From Eledone cirrhosa (taxonomy: Eukaryota): a stretch of 64,000 nucleotides of DNA. Positions 26,714 to 40,350 of the stretch are shown here, piece by piece. The stretch lies in assembly GCA_964016885.1 (NCBI GenBank), contig OZ024742.1, positions 374,418,001-374,482,000 on the forward strand, in the 5' to 3' direction. The translations under genes were made by a program, and so were the position numbers. Every line of letters begins with the position of its first letter. Position 1 is the stretch's first letter. The notes below the pieces were generated by a model that worked only from the letters and a program-made list of their open reading frames with translations, was not told the DNA's origin and did no database searches.

Positions 26714-26788
26714 TGATTCCCTGAAGAAGAAAAGTGGTGGGAAAGTGTCTGCAGGATCTGCTGAAGCTGATGGGGAATCAAAAGAAAG
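26714..26788 (+). CDS. ZFR: ZFR-like exon C (charged linker): DSLKKKSGGKVSAGSAEADGESKE
   Basis: TAG acceptor at 26712-3, GTAAAA donor at 26789; 75 nt, phase 2 to 2, open frame fits exons B and D; lies where DZF proteins have a variable charged loop. Confidence 0.75.
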
Positions 26789-26826
26789 GTAAAATATCAT
26801 GTTTACATACAAATTGTAGTTTGTGT

Positions 26827-27066
26827 TTAACCCTTTAGTTACCAAACTGCCTGAAACGACTCCTGCTACTTCAGTACAAAGCTGTTTGTTTTAAAGTGCT
26901 TATATTTATCTGAAAATCTTCCATCATAATTTTATCTAAGAACGTTTGTTGTGTTCCAAACACCAGCTAAATATTAAGTTAGATTACTAAATCCCTAAAA
27001 CTTTTTTGAGTATTTAAAAATCATAAGCAGTGTCTTTCATTAGAAGTATGGAAATGAAGGGGTTAA
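26827..27066. mobile_element. piggyBac-like MITE (family B), TTAA-CCC...GGG-TTAA
   Basis: TTAA flanks and short CCCTT/AAGGG termini; related copies at 38174-38397, 56815-57060, 41203-41600 and about 31700-31878. Confidence 0.6.
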
Positions 27067-27399
27067 TTAGTAAATTTTATGGTTACAGTAAGAAAATTAG
27101 TTCATGTATCAGATTCATTTTATCAGGATACACTCAGGGGGTTGTTGTCTCTTCAACACAGTTGAAGGGTCCTCTTCATTGCAGCATCATCATCATATAT
27201 CCATTTTTCCATGCTAGCATGGGTTAGACGAATTATCCTGTTGTGAGACAAACCAGGACAGATGACCCTGTTCATAGAAATATCACATGTAGTTTAAAAC
27301 TCTCCTAACTCCTCTTCATTTCAATAAACAGCTGTTTTCTGTTACTTTAAGATCTGACTATCAAGGAAATAACTCTACAAATTAATTCTTTCATCTTCA

Positions 27400-27715
27400 C
27401 CCTCTTATTATTGGTTATGGGGGCAGAGTCCTCAAACACTCCTTCCAGTGAGTCTGTCAGAAGCAACCGTGTCCAGCTGGATCCTCAAGTGAGACCAGCC
27501 AAACTCATAGATGTTATTTTAACAATCTTGCTCAGGGTCTACCCTGGGTCTCCTGCCAATTAGTTTTGCCTGTAAAATTTGTCCAGTGATTCTTTCCTGA
27601 GAGATTCTAACCACGTCCATAGTATCGGAATTGTGATCTCCCAATTCAGAGAAATAACGGCCCTACCTGGATCTCCGAGTTACACACTATATCGCGTAAC
27701 ATTATGAGAATTACC
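27400..27715 (-). mobile_element. RTE-like LINE 3' fragment (second family)
   Basis: Minus strand RSQ.RYYG..VR.SQERITGQILQAK..GRRPRV; homologous copies at 36155-36430 and 43720-44150. Confidence 0.65.
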
Positions 27716-27847
27716 TGCTTGATCTAGTTTATATTTAATTTCAATTTGATATTTCGCATTATCACTAATTTAGTATCTTTGCTAATTTCTACATTGGATT
27801 CACTACAAATCCTAATTATTTTACCTGTAAATTTTGTTACCTTTCAG

Positions 27848-28025
27848 TGGCAAGAAAGAAGAGCCAACACCACGTGCTTTAAAAGGTGTGATGCGTGTTG
27901 GTGTTTTAGCTAAAAGTTTATTACTCCAAGGAGACACAGATGTCCAACTTGTAGTTTTGTGTTCTGATAAACCAACAAAAAGTTTATTAAAGAAAGTACA
28001 TAATTTACTATCAAAGACGATGCCT
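27848..28025 (+). CDS. ZFR: ZFR-like exon D: (S)[59 protein letters not shown]
   Basis: TTTCAG acceptor at 27846-7, GTAAGT donor at 28026; 178 nt, phase 2 to 0; DZF signature RALKGVxRVGVLAKxLLLxGDxxVxLVxLCSxKP. Confidence 0.95.
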
Positions 28026-29166
28026 GTAAGTAGATTTATCATAATCATTATATTATGTTTGTTATTTGATAACCTTATTTTACAGACATGTAGTCTTTGA
28101 CATTTTATATAGATGACTATTGGAAAATTCAGACTAAAAATACAACTTTTATTTCTATATTGCATTTTTGTGGAATCCTTAGCTTTCTGTATAAATTTAA
28201 TTCTAACTTCTGTTTTGAAATTTGATGTGTTGGTGAAAAGATTAGTCAACTCAGCCATTGAACTTCTAATGTCCTGTACCACATCAAACTGTATTAGCCA
28301 AGCATTTTTGAAGTATAAAATACCAATATGACTGCATCACATTAAAAATTAAGGTTTTTACTCTGATAATACAAGTTTTCACAATAATCTGTCCTAGTAA
28401 AGACACAATAAACATTTAAATTAATGCACATAATTTTAAAGATATTTTCTGCTAAATCATTGCATATTGTTAAGATTTAATGACTGTGTAACACTCCACA
28501 TGTATTAAAATTTTAATATAAGAAGCTTCAAAATAAAGAACATAGCAAGCATTTTCAAACAATGGAAAAATATGTTTGAAGGGCCCATTGATATTTTTGC
28601 TATTATAATTCATAGGCCCCTTTTGGTCTCAAATGACTATGGGTTTGCACCTAAAAAGTTCTCTAAAGCACAGGCCTGTGCAAAGTGTTTTTGTGGAAGA
28701 CCATCAGACGCATACCAGTCTCTTCCTCTTCACACCACCAATGTAGTCCAAGGGAAAGGCGAAGGTCAATACAACTTGGCACCAGTGATGTTGCAACTCA
28801 TTTTTTCCAGCTGATTGAACTGGAGCAACATGAAATAAAGTTTCTTGCTCAAGGACACAATTCACTGCCCAGTCCAGAAATCAAACTCACAACCTTCACA
28901 TATAATCCATTTTTTTTTTTTTTATATATAACAATTGCAATTATGGAAAAAATATTTTTTTATAGGTGAGAAAAATGAAAATTTTATTTAACTCTTTCAG
29001 TACCTACCTGCCTGATTCTTTGATATAAAATCTTATTTAACTCTTTCGATACCAAACCTGCCTAAACATGTCCATTATTCAATGATATAAAATCTCGTTT
29101 TACATCATCTAGATTTAATTTAAAACCTTCCATCATAGTTTTATGTACGAACCTTTTGTACTAGTG

Positions 29167-29382
29167 TAACCCTTTACTATTTACATTACTCTATATATAC
29201 TATTGTATTTTCACAGTAAAGGCTTTATCTTACATAATTATCTCACATGATATCGAAACTACGAGATTTTGATATTATTTATTTTGAGAATAATACCTTA
29301 ACGTCAGTATGAGTGGCCAGTTTGAACAGAAAGAGGTGAGCATTCTGGCTAGATACGGCCTGTTTAAATGCTAAAGGGTTAA
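29167..29382. mobile_element. piggyBac-like MITE (family A, about 200 bp)
   Basis: TAACCCTTTA...TAAAGGGTTAA inverted termini; copies at 32212-32402, 41655-41848 (opposite orientation) and 56108-56322. Confidence 0.65.
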
Positions 29383-30689
29383 ACAAGTATGAAAATGAGT
29401 CTTTCTAATGATTACTGTTTCATCTTTAATTAAATTTTCCACTTTTTCCCCACACTTCTTACATATTGTTTATTTTGAAAAACATGAAAAACAACAGTGG
29501 GGAGTCAATTGTTATATTTCAAATGATAAAAACAACAGGAAGGAATTCATTCATTGTTATTTTTCAAACCATCAAAGCGGGGAATCCATTGACAACTGTG
29601 CTTGAAAATGTTTTATTTTTCAATTACAGATATATTTATTGTAGCTTCTTGTATTGTCATATTTTTTTAGTGGTTGTTTTATATCACTATAAATTTTCAA
29701 ATTTTCTCACATGAGTCTTCTCTATAAACCTAGCACTATCCCTAAAGACTTTCAGTGTAACAATTATTGCCAGATGTCTTCCTCTGTAAAATTGGGATGA
29801 TAGCAGCTCATCAGAGGAAGGAGCCCTGTGGGTGTCACTGGCCATTGTCCACAGAGCACAGCTGAAACACTGCTCTGACCAAAGTGTAGTCTGTCACCCT
29901 CTCCTTTTCCTCCTTCCATTGCTTTATAGTCCCTCCTTTTCCTCTCATTTATGGCATTTATAGTCCTTTCCAATGCTACTTTCTTTTTCTGTGTGTTTGA
30001 CTAAATGTTTCTAAACTATTACTAAGACTATATTGAGAAAAGTCGGAACAAAGAAGTATAATCTTAGATCTACTAAAAGTAAAGGAAAAAAAACCCAGAG
30101 CTATCATTGAAAACATTTGTACATTTTCTATTCATATTTTCTTATTTGGAAATGGTATAAACACTTATTACTTATCATTTTACTTTTGTTTTTCCATGCT
30201 GGCAGGTGTTGAATGGATCACCATAGCTTGAGTCAGTTCACAGAGTTCACATCTAGCTTATGTTTAATTTTTGCCATGGTTTCTATTGCTAACCACTTTT
30301 ATGAGCCTACCATGTGTATTGTGGCACCAACACTAAAGTGGATGTCCTGTCTCCAGCAAGACAAAAGAGTCTTACTACTCATGCTTCTCTCTGTTCACCA
30401 GTGACTGTCTCTCTTTCTTGTCATCATGTTACTTTCTTTCCCACTCAACTGTCATGGTTAGAAAGCATTCATTGAATAAACTGAAATCATCGTCCTCGCC
30501 ATCATCACTGTTTTACATCTATTTTCCATGTCTGCATGGGATAGGTAGGTTGTCATGTACTGAGGCTAGATTGATCTGGTGACTACATCTTTTGGCTTGG
30601 TTTTCATGTCTGGATGCCCTTCCTAAGGCCAACCACTTTACAGCAAGAGTGTACTGGGAACATTTTATCATAACTCTGGTGCCTCCACC

Positions 30690-30865
30690 TTACAGGGTGA
30701 ATTGGGTGCATTTTGTCATGTCACCAGCACTATCACCTACCAGGGTGAATTGGGTGCTTTTTGTCATGTCACCAGCACTATCCCCTACCAGGGTGAATTG
30801 GGTGCTTTTTGTCATGTCACCAGCACTATCACCTACCAGAGTGAATTGGGTGCTATTTTTTCATG
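30690..30865 (-). repeat. 48-bp tandem repeat (about 3.5 copies) inside a SINE-like element
   Basis: Unit CAGGGTGAATTGGGTGCTTTTTGTCATGTCACCAGCACTATCACCTAC; reverse-strand relative of the 48955-51100 unit. Confidence 0.8.
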
Positions 30866-33800
30866 ATAGCAGTTTGACCCTCTATATGCTTCACACAATA
30901 TAGGTATTGTGCTATCCACAAATGGAGGTACAAAAGAGGGAGGAAGCTGAAGCAAGATATCTGGAAAAGCAAATAAAACCTGCCTGGAGGCAAATGCTCT
31001 TCCCAGAAGTATTTAAACTGAGAATTTTTAATAGCAACATCAAATTTGTTTTGCTATATGGTGTTGTCGAGGTAAATCTACATCAATATCCTCATAAAGC
31101 ATCATCCATTCAAGAATAGAGGTACTTCAGAAATATCCTAAATATTGGTGAGGGCTGGTTGGTAGAGCTGGTGGGGGCTGATGAGAGCTGATGGAGGAGA
31201 TGATGAAGGAAGGCAATGGAGAGATGCTGTGCTGGAAAAGACCCATCCAACTCATGCAAGCATGGAAAAACAGACATGATGATGATGAGTTGAATAATTA
31301 TGAGGAACAAAGTCCTTTGGGTCAAAGACAAACAAGAGATCATCAACTAAGAAATAGGAAAACCTAAATGAACAGGAGTAGGGGACATATGCTTAGAAGA
31401 CCAGAGAGATGTTTGGTAATACAAGCCATGGATTTGAACTCCGGAGGAGGGGGAAGAAGGCTTGAATCTGGAGGATGGCCTTATAGAGATCAGCAAAAGA
31501 TGGCAGTGATGGCATGGAACCAAGTATATGGAACATGTTAGAAGATGGATGTGGAGATCCTGTTTTACCAAGAATTCAAGCAGTTTATCATGATGATATA
31601 TTGCTATCTCAGTTCTTCTTATTGTATGACATATGTACAGTAGCTAGAGAGGCAGGTCAAGACCAGTGAGGTAGACCAGGCCATCATTTGCAGTATTATG
31701 GATTGCCTCTAGACTTAAATTGTTATGTAAGAAATTTTGTTAAGTTATGTTCCAAACTCCAACTTAATAATGAGAAAGTTAGTTATATTACTAAATCCAT
31801 CTAAATTCTTGATTTTCAAAATTATTTGAAAATCATTAGCAGTGTCTTTCATTAGAAATATAGTAATGCACGGTTAACCCTTTTATCATATTGCTAATCT
31901 TGTCGTATGACATGTACAGTATTATAGATAGCTTCCTGGCTGTTGGGAACACGTCTGATGAGGCAATCCTGAACAACATGCAGTACTGTCTGGTCAGGAT
32001 CCCCACAGTCACATGCTGGGCTGTCCTGGCATGTGTGGATCAGATTAAGGGATACCTACTGCTTTCTGAGAAGGTCAAAGAAAGATAATCATTGCTATCT
32101 CAGTAATTATCTTAGATGAACTAAAGTTGTATAGCTTAGGTTTGTGTACTGTATATTTTCAAGTGTGTATTTTCCCAGTAGAGCACTCTGAAGGTATTTT
32201 TTACAACACTTTTAACCCTTTAGCAGTTACATTACTCTATATTTACTATTATATTTTCATGGTAAAGGCTTTACCTCACATAATGTTGAATCTATGAGAT
32301 TTTGATTATTATTTATTTTGAGAACAATACCTTAACATCAGTATGAGTGGCCAGTTACAGCCGGTGAGTGGATTCTGGCTGGTTTAGATGTTAATGGGTT
32401 AAGACAGTTATTTTTTTGTTGATAAAATTTCTTTTGTTCTTGCTGAATTGATATACCAACCAGTCATGATGTGAACTACTGTTGTATACTGTGTTGCTAA
32501 ATAAGTGTTTGTCTTTAGTTTAACACCAGCTGATGAAGTGAATAGTCATTGAAATATCTAAATGTCCCACAAGTAACTTACATTAAATGTTCCATGATTC
32601 TCTGTGGTGTATTTGAGGCCCATTATTCTTATTTGTTTAATTCGCTTATATATAGTCATAGCACTGACTACCTGTTGAGTTGTGCACTCTCTCATTAAAT
32701 ATCTCATATAGATAAACTAAAATTATACAGCTTAGTCATGTGCATCTGCTGTATATATGTATGTAGATATATATTAGGTGGCCAATTGGCAATTGTTAAG
32801 ACGTCGGAAAGAATGCTTTAAGGTATTTGTCCCACCTCTTCACTCTCTGAGTTCAAATCCAGCCATGGGCAACTTTGCCTTTCATCCTTTCGAGGTCAAT
32901 AAAAAAGTACCAGTCCAGTACTGGGGTCGATTCTTCCTCTTTAGAAAAAATTGACTGTGTTCAGACCTGGTGAGGGTTGGGCTCCACCAGGTTTAAAAGT
33001 ACCCTAGACACACCGTATGATGGTGCCTTTACGACTCCACAAGGAGTTATGAGGTCTTTATTTATATATAGGTGAGAAATTGGCAGTCATTAGAACATTG
33101 GATAGAATGATTTGTGGTATTTAGTACCAGTCTAGTACTGGGGTCAGTTCTTCCTCTCTATCTCTCCCTCACTCCCTCTCTATCTCTCTCTCCTTCTCGG
33201 GAAGAAATGAGCTGTGTTCAAACATGGAGAGTGACACACCATATGTCACTTCAATGCTCCTATGATTCTGTCAGGAGTTACAGGTCCATACATACACTTG
33301 ATAGAACAAAAGTAAGATGCAGACCCCCTTGGCTTGTCTTGGACGTCAGTAGCCCTGCTTCAGTACAGACTTGGTCTATATAGACCTGTCCAACCCTTGC
33401 TAACAGGTGACCTGAAGGTGCATGTGATTCACTGTTAGAAAACCTTATATATTCATATTGAGACACTCAGGAAGGTGGTTTGATTATTCTTTATATTTGG
33501 TTTTCTTGTCAGATCTGTCGTAGCTTTTCAAATTTGTTCTTTGATGGGTAAAAATGATTTCTACTTTAAGCACAAGGCCAGAAATTTGGGGAAAATCTGT
33601 TCTATCGACCCCAATACTTGACTGGTATATTTTTATTGACCTGAGATTGTTGAAAGGCAAAGTTAACCCACATGGCACGATTTGAACTCAGAAAGCACAG
33701 AGCTGGAACAAAAGCCGTTCAGTGATCTAACAAATGTCTTTTTAACATTAATGATAATAATGTCAGTCTCTTCAATTGTGTTATTAATCTATGGCAAGTT

Positions 33801-34573
33801 TATCTTCAATTCCTCTGAAGTTGGTTATAAGGAGTTCTTTTTGTTTTATTTTGTTTGTACATTGGACTATTTTGGAAGATCTTGTAATTGGAATCTAGAA
33901 CCATAGCTACTGTTTATCTGATATGACAACCGATGTATGTATGTATGCACACAGACATTCTTTGTCTCTGTCAAGTATGTATGTGTATGTATGCACACAG
34001 ACATCTTTTGTCTGTCAAGTGTATGTATGTACATAAACATCATTTATCTATCTGTCAAGTGTATGTATACTGACATCTTATGTATATCTTGTCTATCTGT
34101 TGAAAGTTTGGATGATTTATTGGGAGGTCGAAGGGTTGGGTTGTTTTATTCTAAAACTGTTGTTGATCTTGTCTAATATTGGTTTGTTTATATTTCCTCT
34201 AAAATATTTAAACATCTTTGGAGCGAGAAAAAAAATGAAAACCCAACTATGTTAATTTTATAAATTTTTCTTGTACTTCTACAATTTTATATGCTATTTA
34301 AAATGTTTTATAAACCTATTTAAAATTGTTGCCTTTTCAGTTATCTTAAATAATGAATTTGGTTTGGGGTTTTTTTTTGTATTTTTTTGTATTTTTTTTT
34401 TTTTTTCATTTTAATTTTAGAAATAATTTAAAAGTACTTTTTTTAAGGATAGAATATTGGCCCAGATCTAGAGTTGTAGTTTAGTTGACAAGGATCCAGC
34501 ATTTGTGAGCAAACTGGGGTTTTGTTAACAGCTTAGAAGAGTGTGTAAATAGTAGTGATGTGTTCCATTTCAG

Positions 34574-34724
34574 AGTGTGACCGAAGAGAAGTATGAACTA
34601 AAGCAGTCAATCAGCGATGCCTCGATCATTGTTTCCAGTATGGACAAGGAACCAGTGATTTCCTGCACCATAATGCTCACCTCTCCTGTCATTAGGGAAC
34701 CACCTACTGTAAAACCAGAACCAG
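34574..34724 (+). CDS. ZFR: ZFR-like exon E: SVTEEKYELKQSISDASIIVSSMDKEPVISCTIMLTSPVIREPPTVKPEP
   Basis: TTTCAG acceptor at 34572-3, GTAATT donor at 34725; 151 nt, phase 0 to 1; matches EKY...SEAAII...EP...TITLTSPIIRE of ZFR. Not in the ORF track. Confidence 0.93.
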
Positions 34725-34785
34725 GTAATTATTGATCAGATTGGCTCTAATGTGGCGTTAGACTCTTACTGGCATTCCTTTACTT

Positions 34786-35127
34786 TACAAATATCTCTCA
34801 CTAGCATTCCTCTACAAATATCTCTCACTAGCATTCCTCTACAAATATCTCTCACTAGCATTCCTCTACAAATATCTCTCACTAGCATTCCTCTACAAAT
34901 ATCTCTCACTAGCATTCCTCTACAAATATCTCTCACTAGCATTCCTCTACAAATATCTCTCACTAGCATTCCTCTACAAATATCTCTCACTAGCATTCCT
35001 CTACAAATATCTCTCACTAGCATTCCTCTACAAATATCTCTCACTAGCATTCCTCTACAAATATCTCTCACTAGCATTTCTCTACAAATATCTCTCACTA
35101 GCATTTCTCTACTCTACAAATATCTCA
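34786..35127 (+). repeat. 27-bp minisatellite, about 12 copies (TACAAATATCTCTCACTAGCATTCCTC)
   Basis: Near-perfect tandem units read directly. Confidence 0.95.
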
Positions 35128-37894
35128 ACATTTTCTGTCTTTTCAAACTGTTTAGTTGAGTCAGTTAAACTGGCAAGTTGTTAATTAATAAATTATATAG
35201 CTAAGTAAATTATAACTAGTATATATTTAAGAGTAAAATTAAGCAATTTTTTAAATGATTAAAATCAAATTAAAAATTCGTTTTTAATTTCTTGGTGAGA
35301 ATAAAGATTAAAAAATAACATTACCATCCCCAGGAGCTTATTTTGAACAAACTGAATCTCCCTGAAAATTAAGGCTCAGCCACCTGCATCTACATTTGAC
35401 AAGCAGCCTTTGATCAAACAACCGAAAGAGTCATCATTAAAACTGATAGTGATTCATTCCATTTTAAAAATGACTTAGTAGTTAAATTATAATTTAGTAA
35501 AGGGAATTCTTGGTTCAATTCCAGTGTAATATATACTCTGGCTTACCAATACCTTGTGTGTTGAATTTACTATATGGAGACTGTGTAGGTACTAGTCATA
35601 TATATATATATATATATGATTATCATCGTTGTCCATCTAACTCATGCTGGCATGGGTTAGATGGGTTGTCCCATTGTGAGACAAATCAGGTCAAATGACT
35701 GTCTTACTCATACAGAACTATTTCTGTCTTGGTTTCTACAGCTGGATGCCCTTCCTAATGCCAACTACACTTACTGTGCTTTTTATCATGACACCTACAC
35801 AACCACTTTACAACGTGGACTGGGTGCTTTTTGTCATGTCACCAACACAACAGTGTGGATATATATGTGTGTGTGTGTGTTTGTATGTATGTATATATAT
35901 ATATATATATAGACACATTTATGTGTGTGTGTGTGTGTGTGTGTCTACATTCATGTTTACATTGGTGCGTAACTCAGTGTTGTTGCTTAATTTGTGTTCC
36001 TTTATGTTCACCTCACATTTCAACAGCAATAAGTAATGCATATTTGTGTATGTATATTGGTCTGTTTTTGTTTTGCCTTTTTTTGAATTCTCACCAATAG
36101 AGAGCCATTTTATATCACAGAAACAAGACTTTCTTTGGAATTTAGACAATCTCTTCTTTGTCCACTTATTCCTGAGATGGTTGTGGGGGCAGAGTCCTCA
36201 AACACTCCCTCCAGCAGGTCCTGTCAAGCAACTGATCTGACTGGATTCCCAAACGAGACCAGCTGAAGTCATGGATGTTATCCAACCATCTTGCTCAGGG
36301 TCTACCTCTGTGTCTCCTGCCGATTGGTTTTACCCATAAAATCAGTCCAGAGATTCTTTCCTGTGACATTCTAACCACATGTCCATAGTATTGGAGTTGT
36401 GATCTCTCAGAAGTAGCAGCTCTACCTGGTAATTATGTATGTGTGCTGGTATGGACCTCACTGCCTGTCTGGATATGTATGTTGTGAATTGTATGTACAC
36501 ATTTACATATGTTTCTATGTATGTTTGTGCAGTTATTACATGATAAACTTGTGGAAGGTTTTATTAATAGATTAATCTTGTTATTTCCTTATCTATTCCA
36601 CGGTATCTCTTTCCTTTATTTTAATAACCTGGTTTACCAGTTTGGTTCCTCTTTAGTTACTACATTCAAGGGTGTCAACTTTGCTCTTTTAGCAGCTGAC
36701 AATGATATTATTGGGTATGATACCTTCTTGTCTTACCTTGTTACCTGTATTATATATATATCATCATTTTACGTCTGCTTTTCCCTGCTTGCAAGGGTAT
36801 ATATATGTAGTGTATGTGATTCAGTGAATTACTGGGGGTGGTACCAAAACAAGCACTCAATGCATAGGCAGAGTGTATATATTAATAACAATGTTTATTA
36901 ATAAATATTAAGTTTCGTTTACATGTACTTAGATTTTTATTGTGTATCAACCTTTTACATGTGTTTCACAGAGGATTGGCTCAAGGTCACTCATAGAAGT
37001 TATGGACCTGACTCTATTATCAATCTGCTCTTCAGACTGGAGATCCAACAAAAAAATATAGTGTTTGTTGTGATTTGTGAGATGATGGATGTATATATAT
37101 AAGCATCGGTCCTATTTTTTTGTACGTGGATGTTGGAGTGCAATAGGTAAGGCAATATCCCTGCTAGCAAGGGTTGAATGGGTTTCACAGATCGAATCTG
37201 TACTGAAGCTGGGTGTCTGCATTTCGCTTACATATGGGCCCAGGTTCTACCTAGTGCATTTTATCATGTATTAGAGAGGTTGTCATGTCTGTAACACGTT
37301 TGAATGACTTTCTGCCCTACAGTTGAACTTTTGCTATTTCAATAGCAAATGAAACAGTAAAAGCTTGACCATAGAGCAGAAAATCCTTGTAATGTTCTCT
37401 CCTTTCCTTAAGTACAGAAGTCCTAAGTTGAATAATGGTCTTACTGGTCATAACTACTAACATCTGACATACGAGTTGAATAGTAGACTCTTGCAGTTAT
37501 TTATTACAAGACTATATAATGTCAACTGAGCAATCACTCGGCAGATGTAGAATACCAAGTGTTGTGGGAGGGGTCATCTCCATGGCAGCTGATAATAGAG
37601 TAAGAAACTATCATCTCATAAGATAAACATATAGGCTTATATAGTCAGCATTAGCTCCTTAGCTTTCTATGGTTGGCTCTATTGACTAAATTAACCCTTA
37701 ATATCCTGTACCTCATGAAACCACTTCAGCAAGACATTCTAGAAAAGTGTAAGACAGCTGTGACTGTATCACATAAAAAATTAAAGTATTTACTCTAATT
37801 CTATTAATTTTTACAAAGATATGTTCAGTAGTAAAGATACTATAATATTTGAGTTAACAAACCTGTTTTTAGATATTTTCTGTTAAATCATTAC

Positions 37895-38160
37895 AGGATG
37901 TTAAAAGTTGACAGATCACAGGCAACAGAATTAAACATTTTTTTCAACTGTTAAACTGGGAGCCTGTTGTAGATGAGGCAGTAATTGACTAAATTACAAA
38001 GACCTGTTGACACCTCATTAAGCCCTGCACCCTCAATAAATGAGATAGAAATAAGTTATAAACTGAGTCTTGCTAAAGCCTCTGTAAAGATGGAACCAGC
38101 ACTGAGCTCTTACACTGTTGGCTGGAGAGATGATGTTGCCATTGATTGAAAATATGCAGT
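37895..38160 (+). mobile_element. Old RTE LINE internal fragment
   Basis: EPVVDEAVID...PSINEIE...KAS/KDG..TELL remnants resembling the pre-RT region. Confidence 0.45.
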
Positions 38161-39199
38161 ATTCCTCCTCTTTTTAACCCTTTCATTACCACATTTCTTA
38201 TGAAATATACTTTATTTTAGTTAATTAATGAAGAATTTTGAGGGATTTACTAAAATTATTAAGATAGTAACTCAATATAAGTTTCTTATCTAAAATTATG
38301 CTGGAATTTTTTAATTTAAATTGGAAACCTTAAAAATGGGTGGTTTATTTCATAGAACCAAAGTTGGTTTTGGCTGGGTTGGTAACTAACGGTTTAAAGG
38401 AAAGACTATCAGAATAAAGTGTAGCAACCATACAAACATTTCTTACACTGTCAGCTGTTGGCAAGGTTCTGGTAAATCGTCTTATTTGCCCAAGTGTGAA
38501 GGTACCTGGCTTAGTGGTTAGAGCATTGCATTCACAATTGGGAAGTTGTGTGTTTGATTCCTTAATGATGATTATCATCATTTAACATCTATTTTCCATG
38601 CATGGGTTTGACAGGTTGTCCCATTTGAGGCATGTCGAGTCAGGTGACTGTGTCTTTATATATGTGTGTGTGTGTGTGTGTGATATATATACACACACAC
38701 ACTCACACTCTCACACACGCGTTAGTACAGGTTTGTTGATGGATAAACCCTTTTGTCAATCGCATGCATTTTCTTGCATCAACATATTTCAGAGATAATG
38801 CCATGGGGTTGTTTTTTAACCTTATATATAACAATAAGCATTTGAAGGCCAGTTTCCTCTGCCTTGCAGTCCTCATCACTGACTTCATATCCATTATGAG
38901 GTCCTTTTTGAGGTAATGTTTTATAGCTGGATACCAAACCTTTTAGTTGCCTCTTACGGCATCTTTAAGACTACTTTTTAAAACTATTCTTCAGATTGCT
39001 AGACTTGAAGAACCACTTTCTAACTTCCTTATAAGTTCCAGTTTTTGGTTCACAAATAAGGTGACCGGTTTCTTTAGCTTATTTCTCTCCTTTAAGGTCA
39101 AGATATAAAGTACAAGACTGGAAGATATCTAGCATAGACACTAAGTAAACTGAGAAATATGTGACAAAAAGAAATCAATAATGAAATGTCTAAAAGAAA

Positions 39200-39492
39200 G
39201 GTGTAAAGTCTGTCTTGTGCCCAGAGGTTCATTAGGCCGGTGTTTATCCCACTTTCTATGACATGAAGCAACTGAGAATACGAGACTTCCCCCTGGACAG
39301 GACACCAGTCCACTGCAGGGGTAAATCCCCAGCTACTGCTGGTACACATTTTCGGTTGAGTATACTGGAGCAATGTGAAATAGTGATTTGCTCAAGAATA
39401 TATATATAACACACAACCCAGTCCACGAATTGAACCCATGATATTATGATTGTAAGTCCAACACTCTTACCACTAGGCCATGCACCTCCACT
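39200..39492 (-). mobile_element. tRNA-derived SINE with CORE-like domain
   Basis: Minus strand GGAGGTGCATGGCCTAGTGGTAAGAG...GGTTCAATTC...TTCTTGAGCAA; + strand relative at 55016-55270. Confidence 0.7.
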
Positions 39493-40011
39493 TCAATAGC
39501 AAAATTGGGTGTGAGATATTCGAGGTCAATATTTTGCTGATTTTCGCCAACTTCAAAATTCTATGTAAATGAGGTGCTAAAATACTTTTACTTGAGAGGT
39601 GAATATTACATCAGTTTCACTTTCAACAGGAAATTCATATTTCCTACTCTATTTGATAAGTTTTGAATGAATATGGCTTTGAAAAGAGTCTGAAATTGAT
39701 AAAATATCATTACGTAATGGAGTTGTGAAGCAAAAACATACTCTAAACAACACTTAGAACATTTTAAATATCGAAATATTAAAACTTTATAAAAATGTCA
39801 AAGCTGCACCATTTAAACATATTGTGTTAACTGCCTCGACTTATAAATGGGGTTTGGTATTTTGTATATTTCTCAGACATAAAATAGGGAGTCAGCTTAT
39901 ATTTAGATTGGATTATAAGTATATACAGTAATTACTAAAATATCTATGATAATTGCAGGGAAACGCAAGTTGTTGTATATAGTGGCTATTGTTACAGTGA
40001 GAAGTTACTAG

Positions 40012-40350
40012 TCTATCTTCCCATTCTGCAGTGGTAAACCCTTCATATGGGATGCCACATGCAGTAATACATTCTCCAGTGGCAACCTGGAGCAGACTGC
40101 GACTAATCCAGGCTCTGCTGCACTTCGGGCCGAGGAGAGTAAACTCTTCAAATACCGGTCGTGCTCTGACAGGTTTGTGGTCAAACCCATAGCAATGGAG
40201 ACTTGTGGTGTCCTTGGTCCTAGGGCCACCTCCCTACTCACCACCATTGGTATAGAGTTGGCTACTCGCAGGTGTGAGATTCGCTAGTTGGAATGATTCT
40301 TCCAATGCATCTCCCTCACCATCCTCCGGGGAAACGCTTATTCTGTCCAC
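40012..40350 (+). mobile_element. CRE-like non-LTR retrotransposon C-terminal (restriction-like endonuclease) relic
   Basis: One frame from 40018: FPFCSGKPFIWDATCSNTF...GSAALRAEESKLFKY...PIAMETCGVLGP...IG...*LE*FFQCISLTILRGNAYSV; two stops. Confidence 0.7.

Noticed and set aside
34752-35159. ORFs on both strands (LQISLTSIP / MLVRDICRG repeats)
   Set aside because: Translation of the 27-bp minisatellite.
36972-37102. Phase-compatible open frame after TTTCACAG (EDWLKVTHRSYGP...)
   Set aside because: No resemblance to ZFR and no convincing donor before the stop; would need RNA-seq support.
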